Shown piece after piece: positions 55,665-64,000 of a DNA stretch of 64,000 bases. Each line of letters starts with the position of its first letter. Within the stretch, counting starts at the first letter, position 1. The stretch lies in IMG/VR virus record IMGVR_UViG_3300037400_002699, positions 70,274-134,273 of that record; one strand, written 5' to 3'. The translations under genes and the position numbers were made by a program. The notes beneath the pieces were generated by a model. The model did not search any database. It saw only the letters and a list, made by a program, of their open reading frames with translations, and was not told the origin of the DNA. This DNA is from a virus (taxonomy: Duplodnaviria; Caudoviricetes).

Positions 55665-56792
55665 TTACTTATTTACTACAGAAATAGCATTCTGTGAGTT
55701 TACTATCAATACAGCTAACGTTCTAAACTGTCTCAGATTCTTTGCTCCAACATAGGACATTGCTGAACGCAAGTAATCCTTAAAGTTCTCAACCCATCCA
55801 GCCATAGTATATTTAATTGGTATGACTTTACTTATGCCCTCGCTGGTCTTTGTTTTAGAACCGTTCATGGCAATTTGCCCTTCCCTGGATGCCATACCGT
55901 AGAATACTGCTGAAACATCGCCTAAGAAATAGTCATCACCCCTATCATTCTTAAGATGCCATGCATTATTTTTAAAGTATATCTTGTCATAGTCAACCAA
56001 TGGTCTTGAATAGCCACTGTTGCAGTGTTTAGGTGCTGCTGACTCCAGCATACTTGCAAAAACGCTACCAACCATCACATAGTCAGCACCAAGTGCAAGT
56101 GCCTTTATAATATCTGAATAATTTCTTATGCCTCCATCAGCGACAATCTTAGGAACTGATTTATATGCATTTGGTATTTTTTCAAGCCATCCTTTAACTT
56201 TCTTTTTTGCTTCTGCTACCTTGTCTATAAGTGATGCCATCGGCATGTGTACGCCAGTGTTACTTGTTGAAAGACAACCGAATCCACTTCCAATACCACA
56301 TCTTATGTAGTCAACTCCAGCAGCGGCATATGAGTAATATGCCTCTGGATTAGCAATGTTACCAGCCATGATTTCAATTCTGTCACCATATTTATCCTTT
56401 GCTATTTTTACTAGCTTTAGTATTCTTTCCATATGACCGTTAGCAACATCTATCAGTACTTTCACTGTATGCTTCTCAAATGTTTTTTTCTCAGATTTGC
56501 AAAAGATATCTTCAAATTCATTGAGTGAGAAAGCCGTCCAGCTACCATCAAATGCGTATTTTATTCTAACCTCTACATCTTCAGTTCTTGGTAGTATTGG
56601 TATGATACCATTATCCTTGAACCTACAGAAATTAGCAGGGCTTACAACTGTGTCCATAGGAGCAGTGAACAGAGGGAGCATTCCGTCTGGGTTGAATGGG
56701 TCACACTCTGCTCTATGCTCTATGAGACTCTTAGTACAAGGGAGTATTGTCACATCCCTGTAAGTATAATGAACTTCTTTAATCAATGCCAT
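55665..56792 (-). CDS. IMP dehydrogenase / GMP reductase family protein (no CBS domains)
   Basis: TAPMDTV, IDVANGH, MAGNIA, GIGSGFGCLS, IVADGGI, KALALGADYVMVG, FYGMAS, TSEG, LRSAMSYVG. Confidence 0.92.
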   Translation of the reverse strand: MALIKEVHYTYRDVTILPCTKSLIEHRAECDPFNPDGMLPLFTAPMDTVVSPANFCRFKDNGIIPILPRTEDVEVRIKYAFDGSWTAFSLNEFEDIFCKSEKKTFEKHTVKVLIDVANGHMERILKLVKIAKDKYGDRIEIMAGNIANPEAYYSYAAAGVDYIRCGIGSGFGCLSTSNTGVHMPMASLIDKVAEAKKKVKGWLEKIPNAYKSVPKIVADGGIRNYSDIIKALALGADYVMVGSVFASMLESAAPKHCNSGYSRPLVDYDKIYFKNNAWHLKNDRGDDYFLGDVSAVFYGMASREGQIAMNGSKTKTSEGISKVIPIKYTMAGWVENFKDYLRSAMSYVGAKNLRQFRTLAVLIVNSQNAISVVNK

Positions 56793-57297
56793 AAGTTTTC
56801 CTCTTCCATTTTATATAGAAATCCAGCTCGTATGGCTCTCCGTTGAGCTTCTTTATTCTATCAACGTTATAGTAGAACGTTCTTCCGCTATCACTCTTCA
56901 CTTGTAGAGAACGATATCCATCATAGAATTTTAAGAACTTATAATCTTCTTCACGATTATTATACGCCAAAAGAGTGAGCTTGTCACCTTCCTTAGGTGC
57001 ATTCTTCAGAAATATGTTTCTGTTTACGAAGCCAGTCCACAATCTTAAAGCCTTATTGTAATCCTGGTTTATTTGAGAACAATCGTGACCAAAGAAATAA
57101 TACTCTAGTTCTGAGAACAGACCATAGAACCCATTGTGGTATGTGAATTCATTTGCAAAGGTCTTGAAATCCTTAAATACCATATCCCATGAATGCCAGT
57201 CTGGTACTTGTATTACCTTACCACGTTCCCTTGCTTTAATGAATGGTATTATACCTCTAATCTTGGCATATTTAATAAAAACTTCTATTGGTTTCAT
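56779..57297 (-). CDS. Hypothetical protein
   Basis: 172-aa operonic ORF. Confidence 0.7.
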   Translation of the reverse strand: MKPIEVFIKYAKIRGIIPFIKARERGKVIQVPDWHSWDMVFKDFKTFANEFTYHNGFYGLFSELEYYFFGHDCSQINQDYNKALRLWTGFVNRNIFLKNAPKEGDKLTLLAYNNREEDYKFLKFYDGYRSLQVKSDSGRTFYYNVDRIKKLNGEPYELDFYIKWKRKTYGID

Positions 57298-57299
57298 AA

Positions 57300-57959
57300 T
57301 TAACTTCCTGTTGAACCGAAACCGCCAGAGCCTCTGTCTGTTTCTGAAAGCTCTGCCCTTTCGGAAAGTACTACATCTGGATATGGTAGAACAACCATCT
57401 GTGCTACCCTATCCCCTACCTTATATGGTGCAAAATTTAATGGATTGCCGTAAATCCAGTCAGCACTACCCATTGCATTCTGTACAGCATTTGGCCATGT
57501 AAACTCTATTACGTTTCCGTTTGTAATTGTAAATGAGTTGTACAATATGCTATTGAAGAATGACCTTGACTTTTCCATTTCAGCCCTAACATCAAGTGAT
57601 GTCCTGTTCTTATAGCACACCATTATCTCACCCCTGTATACGGCTGAGTCAACAATTCCCACATGATTACACATGTATGCGTCAGTCTTCCTATTTGAAC
57701 TTCTTGGGAATAGGAATATGCCATAGTGTTTGTCTGACTCGAATGCCAATCCTGTGTGATAGATGTACATATCATTCTCACGGTCATACTCTACTGATGT
57801 AGCGGTTAAGTCCATTCCTACATCACCCTCATGTGCATATGTGGGTATTACAGCCTCCTTTGACAGTTTTTTGAACTTTATCTCAAGCTTTGTCTGTCCT
57901 ATAGCTTCTTTAGTAAGCGTTAAGAGGTCTTTTCTGTCATCATCAAATACTTCATCCAT
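57300..57959 (-). CDS. dut: Trimeric dUTPase with internal insertion
   Basis: GMDL, PRSS, GIVDSAVYRGEI, GDRVAQ, RGSGGFGSTG. Confidence 0.95.
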   Translation of the reverse strand: MDEVFDDDRKDLLTLTKEAIGQTKLEIKFKKLSKEAVIPTYAHEGDVGMDLTATSVEYDRENDMYIYHTGLAFESDKHYGIFLFPRSSNRKTDAYMCNHVGIVDSAVYRGEIMVCYKNRTSLDVRAEMEKSRSFFNSILYNSFTITNGNVIEFTWPNAVQNAMGSADWIYGNPLNFAPYKVGDRVAQMVVLPYPDVVLSERAELSETDRGSGGFGSTGS

Positions 57960-58521
57960 TGTTTTTCCTGTTTATTTGAGTATAAGTCATTTCATTTGCC
58001 ATCCTAACGATTGTAGCCATAACGCTTGAGTGCCACCTAGCCTGGTCATCGGTGAGGTCTCTATCATTCACTGTCATAACCTCTGCCTCTTCTGGTGTGA
58101 ACGTTACACCAGCCTGCTGCGCAAGAATCAATGAATGAAGACCAGTTCTTATTGAAGGCTGATTGTCAGAATATTTGTAAGTCAATAGTCTCTTCTCAAT
58201 TTCCCACTGATTATCGTTTGGAACTAGTCTCACAGCCTTTGCGATGTGGTGCAGTAAGCACACTTTCACCAAGGTGTTTTTATCGACCCTCATGCCCTCT
58301 GGAAGAAGCTCATTCAACTTTACCGCATAAGGTGTAAGAACCTTCAGTACAATCTCCACGAGAGAACCTGGGTATGCATTTCCATACTCGTTTGAATTTG
58401 TAAAACTTGCATCTTTCAGTGCTAGCATAAAAGCATCTAGCGAACTCAAATCAACTCCTACTTGCTTTAATTTCTTGTTGTAAAGCTCAAAATTTTTGTT
58501 TTTCTGCTCTTGCGTAATCAT
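57952..58521 (-). CDS. HD-superfamily-like hydrolase (HH variant)
   Basis: NAYPGSLV, VCLLHHIAK, EAEVM, VRMANE. Confidence 0.6.
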   Translation of the reverse strand: MITQEQKNKNFELYNKKLKQVGVDLSSLDAFMLALKDASFTNSNEYGNAYPGSLVEIVLKVLTPYAVKLNELLPEGMRVDKNTLVKVCLLHHIAKAVRLVPNDNQWEIEKRLLTYKYSDNQPSIRTGLHSLILAQQAGVTFTPEEAEVMTVNDRDLTDDQARWHSSVMATIVRMANEMTYTQINRKNNG

Positions 58522-58615
58522 ATTAATACTCTTGATTTTAATTGTTTGACATTTAACCTTAGTAATGTTTAAGTAATTTTAACTTTATTTTTACTAAAAT
58601 TTAGATTTCACAATG

Positions 58616-58647
58616 CAAAGATATATAAAAAATATTAAAAAAACAAG
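58616..58647 (-). promoter_or_regulatory. Bacteroidota housekeeping-sigma promoter for the nucleotide/glycosylation operon
   Basis: CTTG-N20-TATCTTTG on the minus strand. Confidence 0.75.
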
Positions 58648-58840
58648 TTTCTACTAACATTTTTTAATAGATTGATATTTAATATAATTTTATAATATTA
58701 TATAATATATTAATATATCTAGTATTATCTATTATAATATTATATTGTATTCATGATTTGTAAATTCTAACGAACACCAGGGTTTAAAAACGTTAAAAAT
58801 GGCAATAAACATATATTTATAAAGAAATATATTTTGTATT

Positions 58841-59417
58841 ATGAAGAAAATTGTAAGACTTACAGAATCAGAACTTAAAAACATAGTAGAGACTTCAGTT
58901 AAGAGAACTATAAACGAAGGACTCATCACTGAGGAAATACTAAATGAAAGTTCATTTGCAAAGAAATTGGCTTTATATCTTGGTTTACCAGTTGCAACTG
59001 TTGCAGGTGCATTGTATGCAATAGGTACTGATAATCCAGTATCAACAGGCTCAACAGAATAGTCAAGCTTTTCCAGAGGATACAGAAGAGAGGCAGAAAA
59101 ATACTGATATAAATTCATTTTATAAGGATTTAAAAGATGACGGTGTAGACACTACAAATATAAAGTTTTCAGAGTCTCGTATCAGACGTGCTGTGATGGA
59201 ATCAATCATGAACTTGATGAATGAAGGAAAACCAGCTGATACACAAATTGGCAGGCATAAGTTCAAAGCAATAAGACGTGATAAGAACGGAAACCCAGTT
59301 TATACACATGAGGGTGGTACGCTTTCAGATGATGATTTGAAAGCACAGGGATGGAAGTATTCGAAAAAGCACGGACTTTATGGACAGATATCTGACCCAA
59401 CAAAACTTCCAAAATAA
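58841..59417 (+). pseudogene. Frameshifted gene with IRLTES leader (58841..59062 plus +1 frame 59025..59417)
   Basis: The second frame is open from 59025 and reads QYQQAQQNSQAFPED...FSESRIRRAVMESIMNLMNE. Confidence 0.65.
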
Positions 59418-59458
59418 AACAATAAAGGAGATAGAAACCAATCTATCTCCTTATTTTT

Positions 59459-60676
59459 TTATTCTTTATTTACAAGACTCTTGTAGAACTCAACTCTCTG
59501 CTTACAAATTGTCTCAAGTGAGTATCTGTCCTTCACAAAGTTGTAAAGGTTGTCCTGGAGCTTCTTAAGCATGTCCCTGTCGTTTGCAAGCTTATTGATG
59601 TACTTAGCCCAGTCCTTATGGTTCTTTCGTGAGTCTACAAGCAATGCAGTACCTTCCTCGTTAATCTTTCCACCTTTCTCAATCATAGGAATCAAGTTGA
59701 TAGTATAAGCACCGAAGTTTTGTGCAATAAACGCAGTGTGCGTGAATCCGCACTCAATTTCCTTCAACTCTGATTTAACACTATTGAAATCATTCTCCTT
59801 CAGTGGAGCAATAAGCACGTCCACGTTAGCGTAGTGGGTAGCATAGTTATTGATGTCCCTAGTCCACATCCTGCGGTATGGCTCGTTGGTGAATGGGTCA
59901 TCAACATTTGCAATGTACTTCATAAGGAACTCCTTATGCTCTGGTGATACTGTCTTATAATCATCTGTAAAGATTTTTTCATAATCACACCATACACTCT
60001 CCTGTGGAAGAATTGGTCTGGTCGTCTTTTCTCCAGTATCCTGGTTGTAGATGGTTCTGTTACCCCTGGTGTCGAAGCCACAGAGTACAAACTGTACCTT
60101 TGACTTATCAACCTGCTTTGCAATACCATTCAGCAGCTGAAGGTCTTTCAAGTGTGAAGAACCGCAAATGATGCCAACTCTCAGCCTGCCATCGCCCTCT
60201 GCCTTTGGAACAGCGTACTGTGGCTCTTCTGGGTTGATTGCATTAGGGAATACCTTCACATTTGGGTTATACTTTTTGATGACGTTTGCGAAAATGTCTG
60301 TGGTAGTAGTAACATAGTCAGCCTTCTTAAGGTGCTCTATGATTGGCTCGTGCCACCTCTCCTTTTTAGCCGTGAGTGACATTGGGTGGTCGTCACCAAG
60401 CTTAAAGTGGTCATCAATGTCTATAATGACTGGTATACCAAGGAACTTAATCATATCCATAATCTTGCACTGCCTATCTAGTTGCTTATGGATGTGTATC
60501 AAGTCATATTGTCTTAGAAATGCCTCCAGGTCTCCGTTAGGCATGCTGTAGACAACGTCCACATCGAACTCATCATTGTAATGTTCTCCGATATAAACAT
60601 GTGGGTCTACTGAACGAAACTTTCCGACACCAGTTCTGTCGGAAGGAATCACTAACATTTTGATTTTCTTATCCAT
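59459..60676 (-). CDS. Glycosyltransferase, GT-B fold (GT4-like)
   Basis: GVGKFRS..PH, IDIDD, ADYVTTTT, VFPNAI, GSSHLKDL, IAPL..NDFNSVKSELKEIE. Confidence 0.85.
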   Translation of the reverse strand: MDKKIKMLVIPSDRTGVGKFRSVDPHVYIGEHYNDEFDVDVVYSMPNGDLEAFLRQYDLIHIHKQLDRQCKIMDMIKFLGIPVIIDIDDHFKLGDDHPMSLTAKKERWHEPIIEHLKKADYVTTTTDIFANVIKKYNPNVKVFPNAINPEEPQYAVPKAEGDGRLRVGIICGSSHLKDLQLLNGIAKQVDKSKVQFVLCGFDTRGNRTIYNQDTGEKTTRPILPQESVWCDYEKIFTDDYKTVSPEHKEFLMKYIANVDDPFTNEPYRRMWTRDINNYATHYANVDVLIAPLKENDFNSVKSELKEIECGFTHTAFIAQNFGAYTINLIPMIEKGGKINEEGTALLVDSRKNHKDWAKYINKLANDRDMLKKLQDNLYNFVKDRYSLETICKQRVEFYKSLVNKE

Positions 60677-60758
60677 TTTTAATATATTAAAAAATTATTG
60701 TCTTGTTTAAAGAATAATGAAAAATGGATAGAAACAAATACAAAAACAGAAAAGAGTG

Positions 60759-61385
60759 TTACTCAACACTCTTTTTCTTGTTTATATTACCAACTTTTCT
60801 CATTGTACACTCAAAAATATCCCCGTTGTTTGCAAGGAATTTGAATGATTTGCCAAGGCTTATTGTATTGATTTCACTACCCTTACCTTCATTTACCATC
60901 TTCTTACTGAGTGATGATGTATATTTTCTTACAATTTCCTCTACGATTGTTCTAATCATAGGGTAGTCAATCTGTGATGGATACTGTTGTACTACCTGCT
61001 GTGGCTGTTGCACAGTCTCAGTAATAACCTGTTGTGGATTTTGTCTTTCCTGGAGTAAGTCACCGAACATACCATCAAGTACTGAGCTGGTTACTTCCTG
61101 CTGTGCGAGAGGTGGCTGTGACTGGAATGACTCCCTAATAATTGAAGGTACGTTTCCTGCTGCTACACTCATTTTTCCAGATGCTATGTTTGCAGCCATA
61201 TTTTGCCTTGGTGCTTGCATCATGTCGGTAGGTATCATTTCAGCATCAGTGAATGATTCGTTTATCTTATCTTTCTTACCCTCAGCAATCTTGTCAAGTG
61301 TACCGTTTGCGTCCATCTGCATCAGTCTGAGGGACTTATTTCTTGCAGCCTTAATCTTTGCTGCTCTTTCTTCCTGGATTGTCAT
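60759..61385 (-). CDS. Hypothetical protein with Q-rich linker
   Basis: 208-aa operonic ORF. Confidence 0.75.
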   Translation of the reverse strand: MTIQEERAAKIKAARNKSLRLMQMDANGTLDKIAEGKKDKINESFTDAEMIPTDMMQAPRQNMAANIASGKMSVAAGNVPSIIRESFQSQPPLAQQEVTSSVLDGMFGDLLQERQNPQQVITETVQQPQQVVQQYPSQIDYPMIRTIVEEIVRKYTSSLSKKMVNEGKGSEINTISLGKSFKFLANNGDIFECTMRKVGNINKKKSVE

Positions 61386-61394
61386 ATTAAATGA

Positions 61395-62231
61395 TTATCT
61401 GTTTTTTTTATTATTTATATTATTTTCGTAACCTTCCATATCATTTTGGTTAACAGGTCCAGAATTGTTGGTCGGGGGATTTGGTGCTTCTGTCTGTTTT
61501 AACTGCTCTTCTCTCTCTCTTTCAGCCTTGTCATAGTCAGCCCATCTTTGTTGTCTAGCTAATCCTTGATTCTGTTTCTCGAAATCCTCAAGATTCTTAC
61601 GTGTTCCTCTGAAGTCATAGCTTAGCGGCTTCTTTGATGTAATTGGCCTAAGATTCTGTAATGAATTCAATCCACCCTTATTTGTAGGCTTAATATCCAC
61701 ACCAGCTTCTTTATTCTTGATTGCGCCTGCCTTTGTTGGGCGTATATCAGCAATATCTTGAGTAATTTTCTGCTGCTTTTCTAGTGGACTTTGATTTTTT
61801 TCCTTCATACCAATCATATTGATTATCTCATCCATATGTGCATCACCTTCTGGATTAGCTAGTGCTGGAATTTCTGGAATGTGCATATTGTTATACACTC
61901 TAACGTTGCTCATTCTATCAAGATACATAAACTTCCACTTGAAAGGACCTTTCTTTGTGTGTACTTTCCAAGCGTGAAAACACCTTAATGCAAGCCTTCC
62001 GTTTCTTTTACCAAGGCAATAAGGAATCATCCTACGGAATCCTCTTGGGTTTCCGTAGGCTGCTTTTTTTCCTTTATCACCTTTACCATCGTCATAATTC
62101 AATGATATCATCAAGTTATTATCAATGGCATAGTTAATCTTATCCTTATTATCCCTAAAGTCCTTGAGATTTGAATCCTCATTAATCATGGATTCTAGGA
62201 TAGTGGATAAGGACAGGCTAATGTGTTTCAT
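61395..62231 (-). CDS. WYL-like domain protein
   Basis: AIDNN..ISLNY...RRMIPYCLG...LRCF...WKFMYLDRMSNV. Confidence 0.6.
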   Translation of the reverse strand: MKHISLSLSTILESMINEDSNLKDFRDNKDKINYAIDNNLMISLNYDDGKGDKGKKAAYGNPRGFRRMIPYCLGKRNGRLALRCFHAWKVHTKKGPFKWKFMYLDRMSNVRVYNNMHIPEIPALANPEGDAHMDEIINMIGMKEKNQSPLEKQQKITQDIADIRPTKAGAIKNKEAGVDIKPTNKGGLNSLQNLRPITSKKPLSYDFRGTRKNLEDFEKQNQGLARQQRWADYDKAEREREEQLKQTEAPNPPTNNSGPVNQNDMEGYENNINNKKNR

Positions 62232-62243
62232 CGGCTAGTTCTA

Positions 62244-62672
62244 TTATCCGCAGTTTGAATTAGGGCTACCGAGCTGCTGTCCAACATAGTACTGTCCGTC
62301 AGCTACGTTTGCACTTGTATCTACAAGGTTAGCACCATACTGTGTATCCTTGTTGTACATTGATATTGCAAGTGCTCTCTCACGTCCACTGATACCGTTT
62401 CTACCCTTGATATCATAGCAGCCACCACCGTTTTCAGTGTCGAAGTTGCTGTAGTTAATCATGTTGGTTGGCTTCGTGCAGTCTGGGAGGAAGTGGGTGT
62501 GTCCACCGTGTCCTGTACCCTTACCCTGCGCGTCACCGTCGCTGGTAGCGTCCTTATGTGTTGCACCATACTGATTCTCGATGTTATAGTCACTACGAGT
62601 AATCTCCTGGTGTCTCTCCTCCATACCTCTCTTCTCAAGACATGTCTGTCCGTTTGGAATCGTATTTGCCAT
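62244..62672 (-). CDS. Gly-rich hypothetical protein, single-unit paralog of 62730..64000
   Basis: NQYGATHKDATSDGDAQGKGTG...NYSNF..GGGCYD. Confidence 0.75.
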   Translation of the reverse strand: MANTIPNGQTCLEKRGMEERHQEITRSDYNIENQYGATHKDATSDGDAQGKGTGHGGHTHFLPDCTKPTNMINYSNFDTENGGGCYDIKGRNGISGRERALAISMYNKDTQYGANLVDTSANVADGQYYVGQQLGSPNSNCG

Positions 62673-62729
62673 AATTCTCTATAAATTTTAAATATTTTAT
62701 TTTAATAATAAATAGTTATCATCTGTTTT

Positions 62730-64000
62730 TTACACCCTACCGAAACCATGCATAAATATTTCATTTCCTATGCTAGTGTGATTCTGCTTAGCCTGCGAGT
62801 TTGCCACTTGAGTAAGTGCCTGCTTCTCTGACTGTACGGTGGTTTCAGTAGGTGCATTATATCCTCCCATTCCACCTGGCTGTGATTTTGATGGAACACC
62901 AGCTGCTGTATTCTGTTTCTTGGCATCCTTCTTTGCTTTTTTGTCAGCTTTCCTTCCAGCCTTCTCTTGCGCCTTAATAGATTTGTTAAGCTCTTTCAAC
63001 GAAGCTGCCTGCATGCTCTCTGCTATTCTGTCATCAAGGGTTGACACCTTAAACTCAGTCTGTATCGTGTATTCAGCAAGTACAAGCTGTCTGGTATACT
63101 GGATATCTTCTCTCCATTCGTTTCTCTTCAGATGGTATCCTCTGGCCTCAACATCGTATCCACCACCACCAGAAAGTGTATCCAAATATAAACCAGTTCC
63201 TTTTCCTACAATGTTACCGTCACTAAGGGCATCCTGGTTCTTATCAGAGTACTCATTTACATCATAGTTGTATCTTCTCTTGAGAGCAAGCTTTTTCCTC
63301 ATATCGACATCGGCTTTGTTTCCGATGGTAGATGATTTATCATCTGTGAACGTTATGAAGTTGCTGTAGTTCATCTCATTAGGATTCTCCTTAGGCTTAC
63401 CGTAGTATCCCATGTAATCAAGATGTCCTCCAGTTCCACTGCCTTTACCCTTCATACTTGAAGAACCAGGCGCATAAGGAGTACTCTGTGCGTTTACGTG
63501 CTCATCTGAATATTCATTGTTTTTATCTCTACCGTTATAGAAGTTTAACTGGATTTGTTCCTTTCTTGCTGCTATGTCATACGCACCACCACCGTTTGTT
63601 GTGTCAAGTGGTATTCCAGTACCTTTTCCAATAACAGAATCCCTGTCGCTTAATGCATCTTCGTGCGTAGCTGAATATTCATGGTCTTTGTCAAGCCCGT
63701 CATATGTACTCATTAGAGAAAGTTTATCCCTCATACATATGTCGTACTTTCCTCCTACGGTTAATCCTTGTTTTGACTCCGTTATGAAGTTGCTGTAATC
63801 AATTCTATTAGGGTTTGACTTTGGTCTCTTTGTGTCCTCGTATGGCTTCCAGTGAAGGTGTCCAGCACCATTCCTACCTTTACCCTTGACGGAATCTGGT
63901 TCACTGGTAGCATTCTCATGACTTGAAGAATACTCATTCCCTTTGTCTTTACCGTTATACAGGTTCTGTTGCAGCAACTCGTGCCTCTTTTCCATACCTC
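62730..64000 (-). CDS. Repeat protein (four YSxxHxxAxS...GKGxG units), probably 5'-truncated by the window edge
   Basis: Repeated NEYSxxHxxAxS..GKGxG...GGxYD; upstream GGT-ATG matches the internal RGME of its paralog. Confidence 0.75.
   Translation of the reverse strand, partial: GMEKRHELLQQNLYNGKDKGNEYSSSHENATSEPDSVKGKGRNGAGHLHWKPYEDTKRPKSNPNRIDYSNFITESKQGLTVGGKYDICMRDKLSLMSTYDGLDKDHEYSATHEDALSDRDSVIGKGTGIPLDTTNGGGAYDIAARKEQIQLNFYNGRDKNNEYSDEHVNAQSTPYAPGSSSMKGKGSGTGGHLDYMGYYGKPKENPNEMNYSNFITFTDDKSSTIGNKADVDMRKKLALKRRYNYDVNEYSDKNQDALSDGNIVGKGTGLYLDTLSGGGGYDVEARGYHLKRNEWREDIQYTRQLVLAEYTIQTEFKVSTLDDRIAESMQAASLKELNKSIKAQEKAGRKADKKAKKDAKKQNTAAGVPSKSQPGGMGGYNAPTETTVQSEKQALTQVANSQAKQNHTSIGNEIFMHGFGRV

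Noticed and set aside
278-63798. Many antisense and alternate-frame ORFs in the track (e.g. 9271..10116, 16712..17314, 24356..24979, 27377..28018)
   Set aside because: They are shadows of biased or repetitive coding sequence on the real strand, with no independent motifs or expression signals.
1-64000. Stop-codon reassignment (TAG=Gln) as in Lak and some crAss-like phages
   Set aside because: Long genes are intact in the standard code. The one suspicious TAG (59060) is followed by an in-frame TGA at 59105, so the break is a frameshift, not readthrough.

Overview
A 64-kb segment of a large, AT-rich, T4-like (gp21/gp22/gp23 head module) tailed phage in the standard genetic code. Three canonical TTTG-N20-TAnnTTTG promoters point to a Bacteroidota host. 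0.3-4.9 kb holds the prohead protease, scaffold and major capsid protein. 6.4-31.9 kb is a ~25-kb cluster of fibre/adhesin genes: coiled-coil fibres, two BspA-type LRR proteins, Ig/BACON-like domains, a GH2 glycoside hydrolase, a YadA-like beta-roll, and two proteins ending in DGR-type variable regions whose RT/template are not in the window. 32-64 kb holds a SNF2 helicase, kinase-like, neck/baseplate, SPFH and PhoH genes, a gp55-like late sigma, glycosyltransferases, nucleotide-metabolism genes and an aberrant tRNA-like RNA. Main candidate novelties: (1) five adhesin/enzyme genes share a ~40-aa N-terminal module fused to unrelated payloads, suggesting a plug-and-play display system, further diversified by DGR mutagenesis and LRR cassette shuffling; (2) two zinc-finger/Vsr-like endonuclease cassettes sit at host-gene 3' ends, each supplying a replacement C-terminus and leaving the old tail behind; (3) a promoter-driven tRNA-like RNA has a 17-nt loop in place of the anticodon loop; (4) a repeated 'IRLTESDL' leader may target cargo enzymes into the capsid. 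All family assignments come from motif recognition by eye; no database searches were run.
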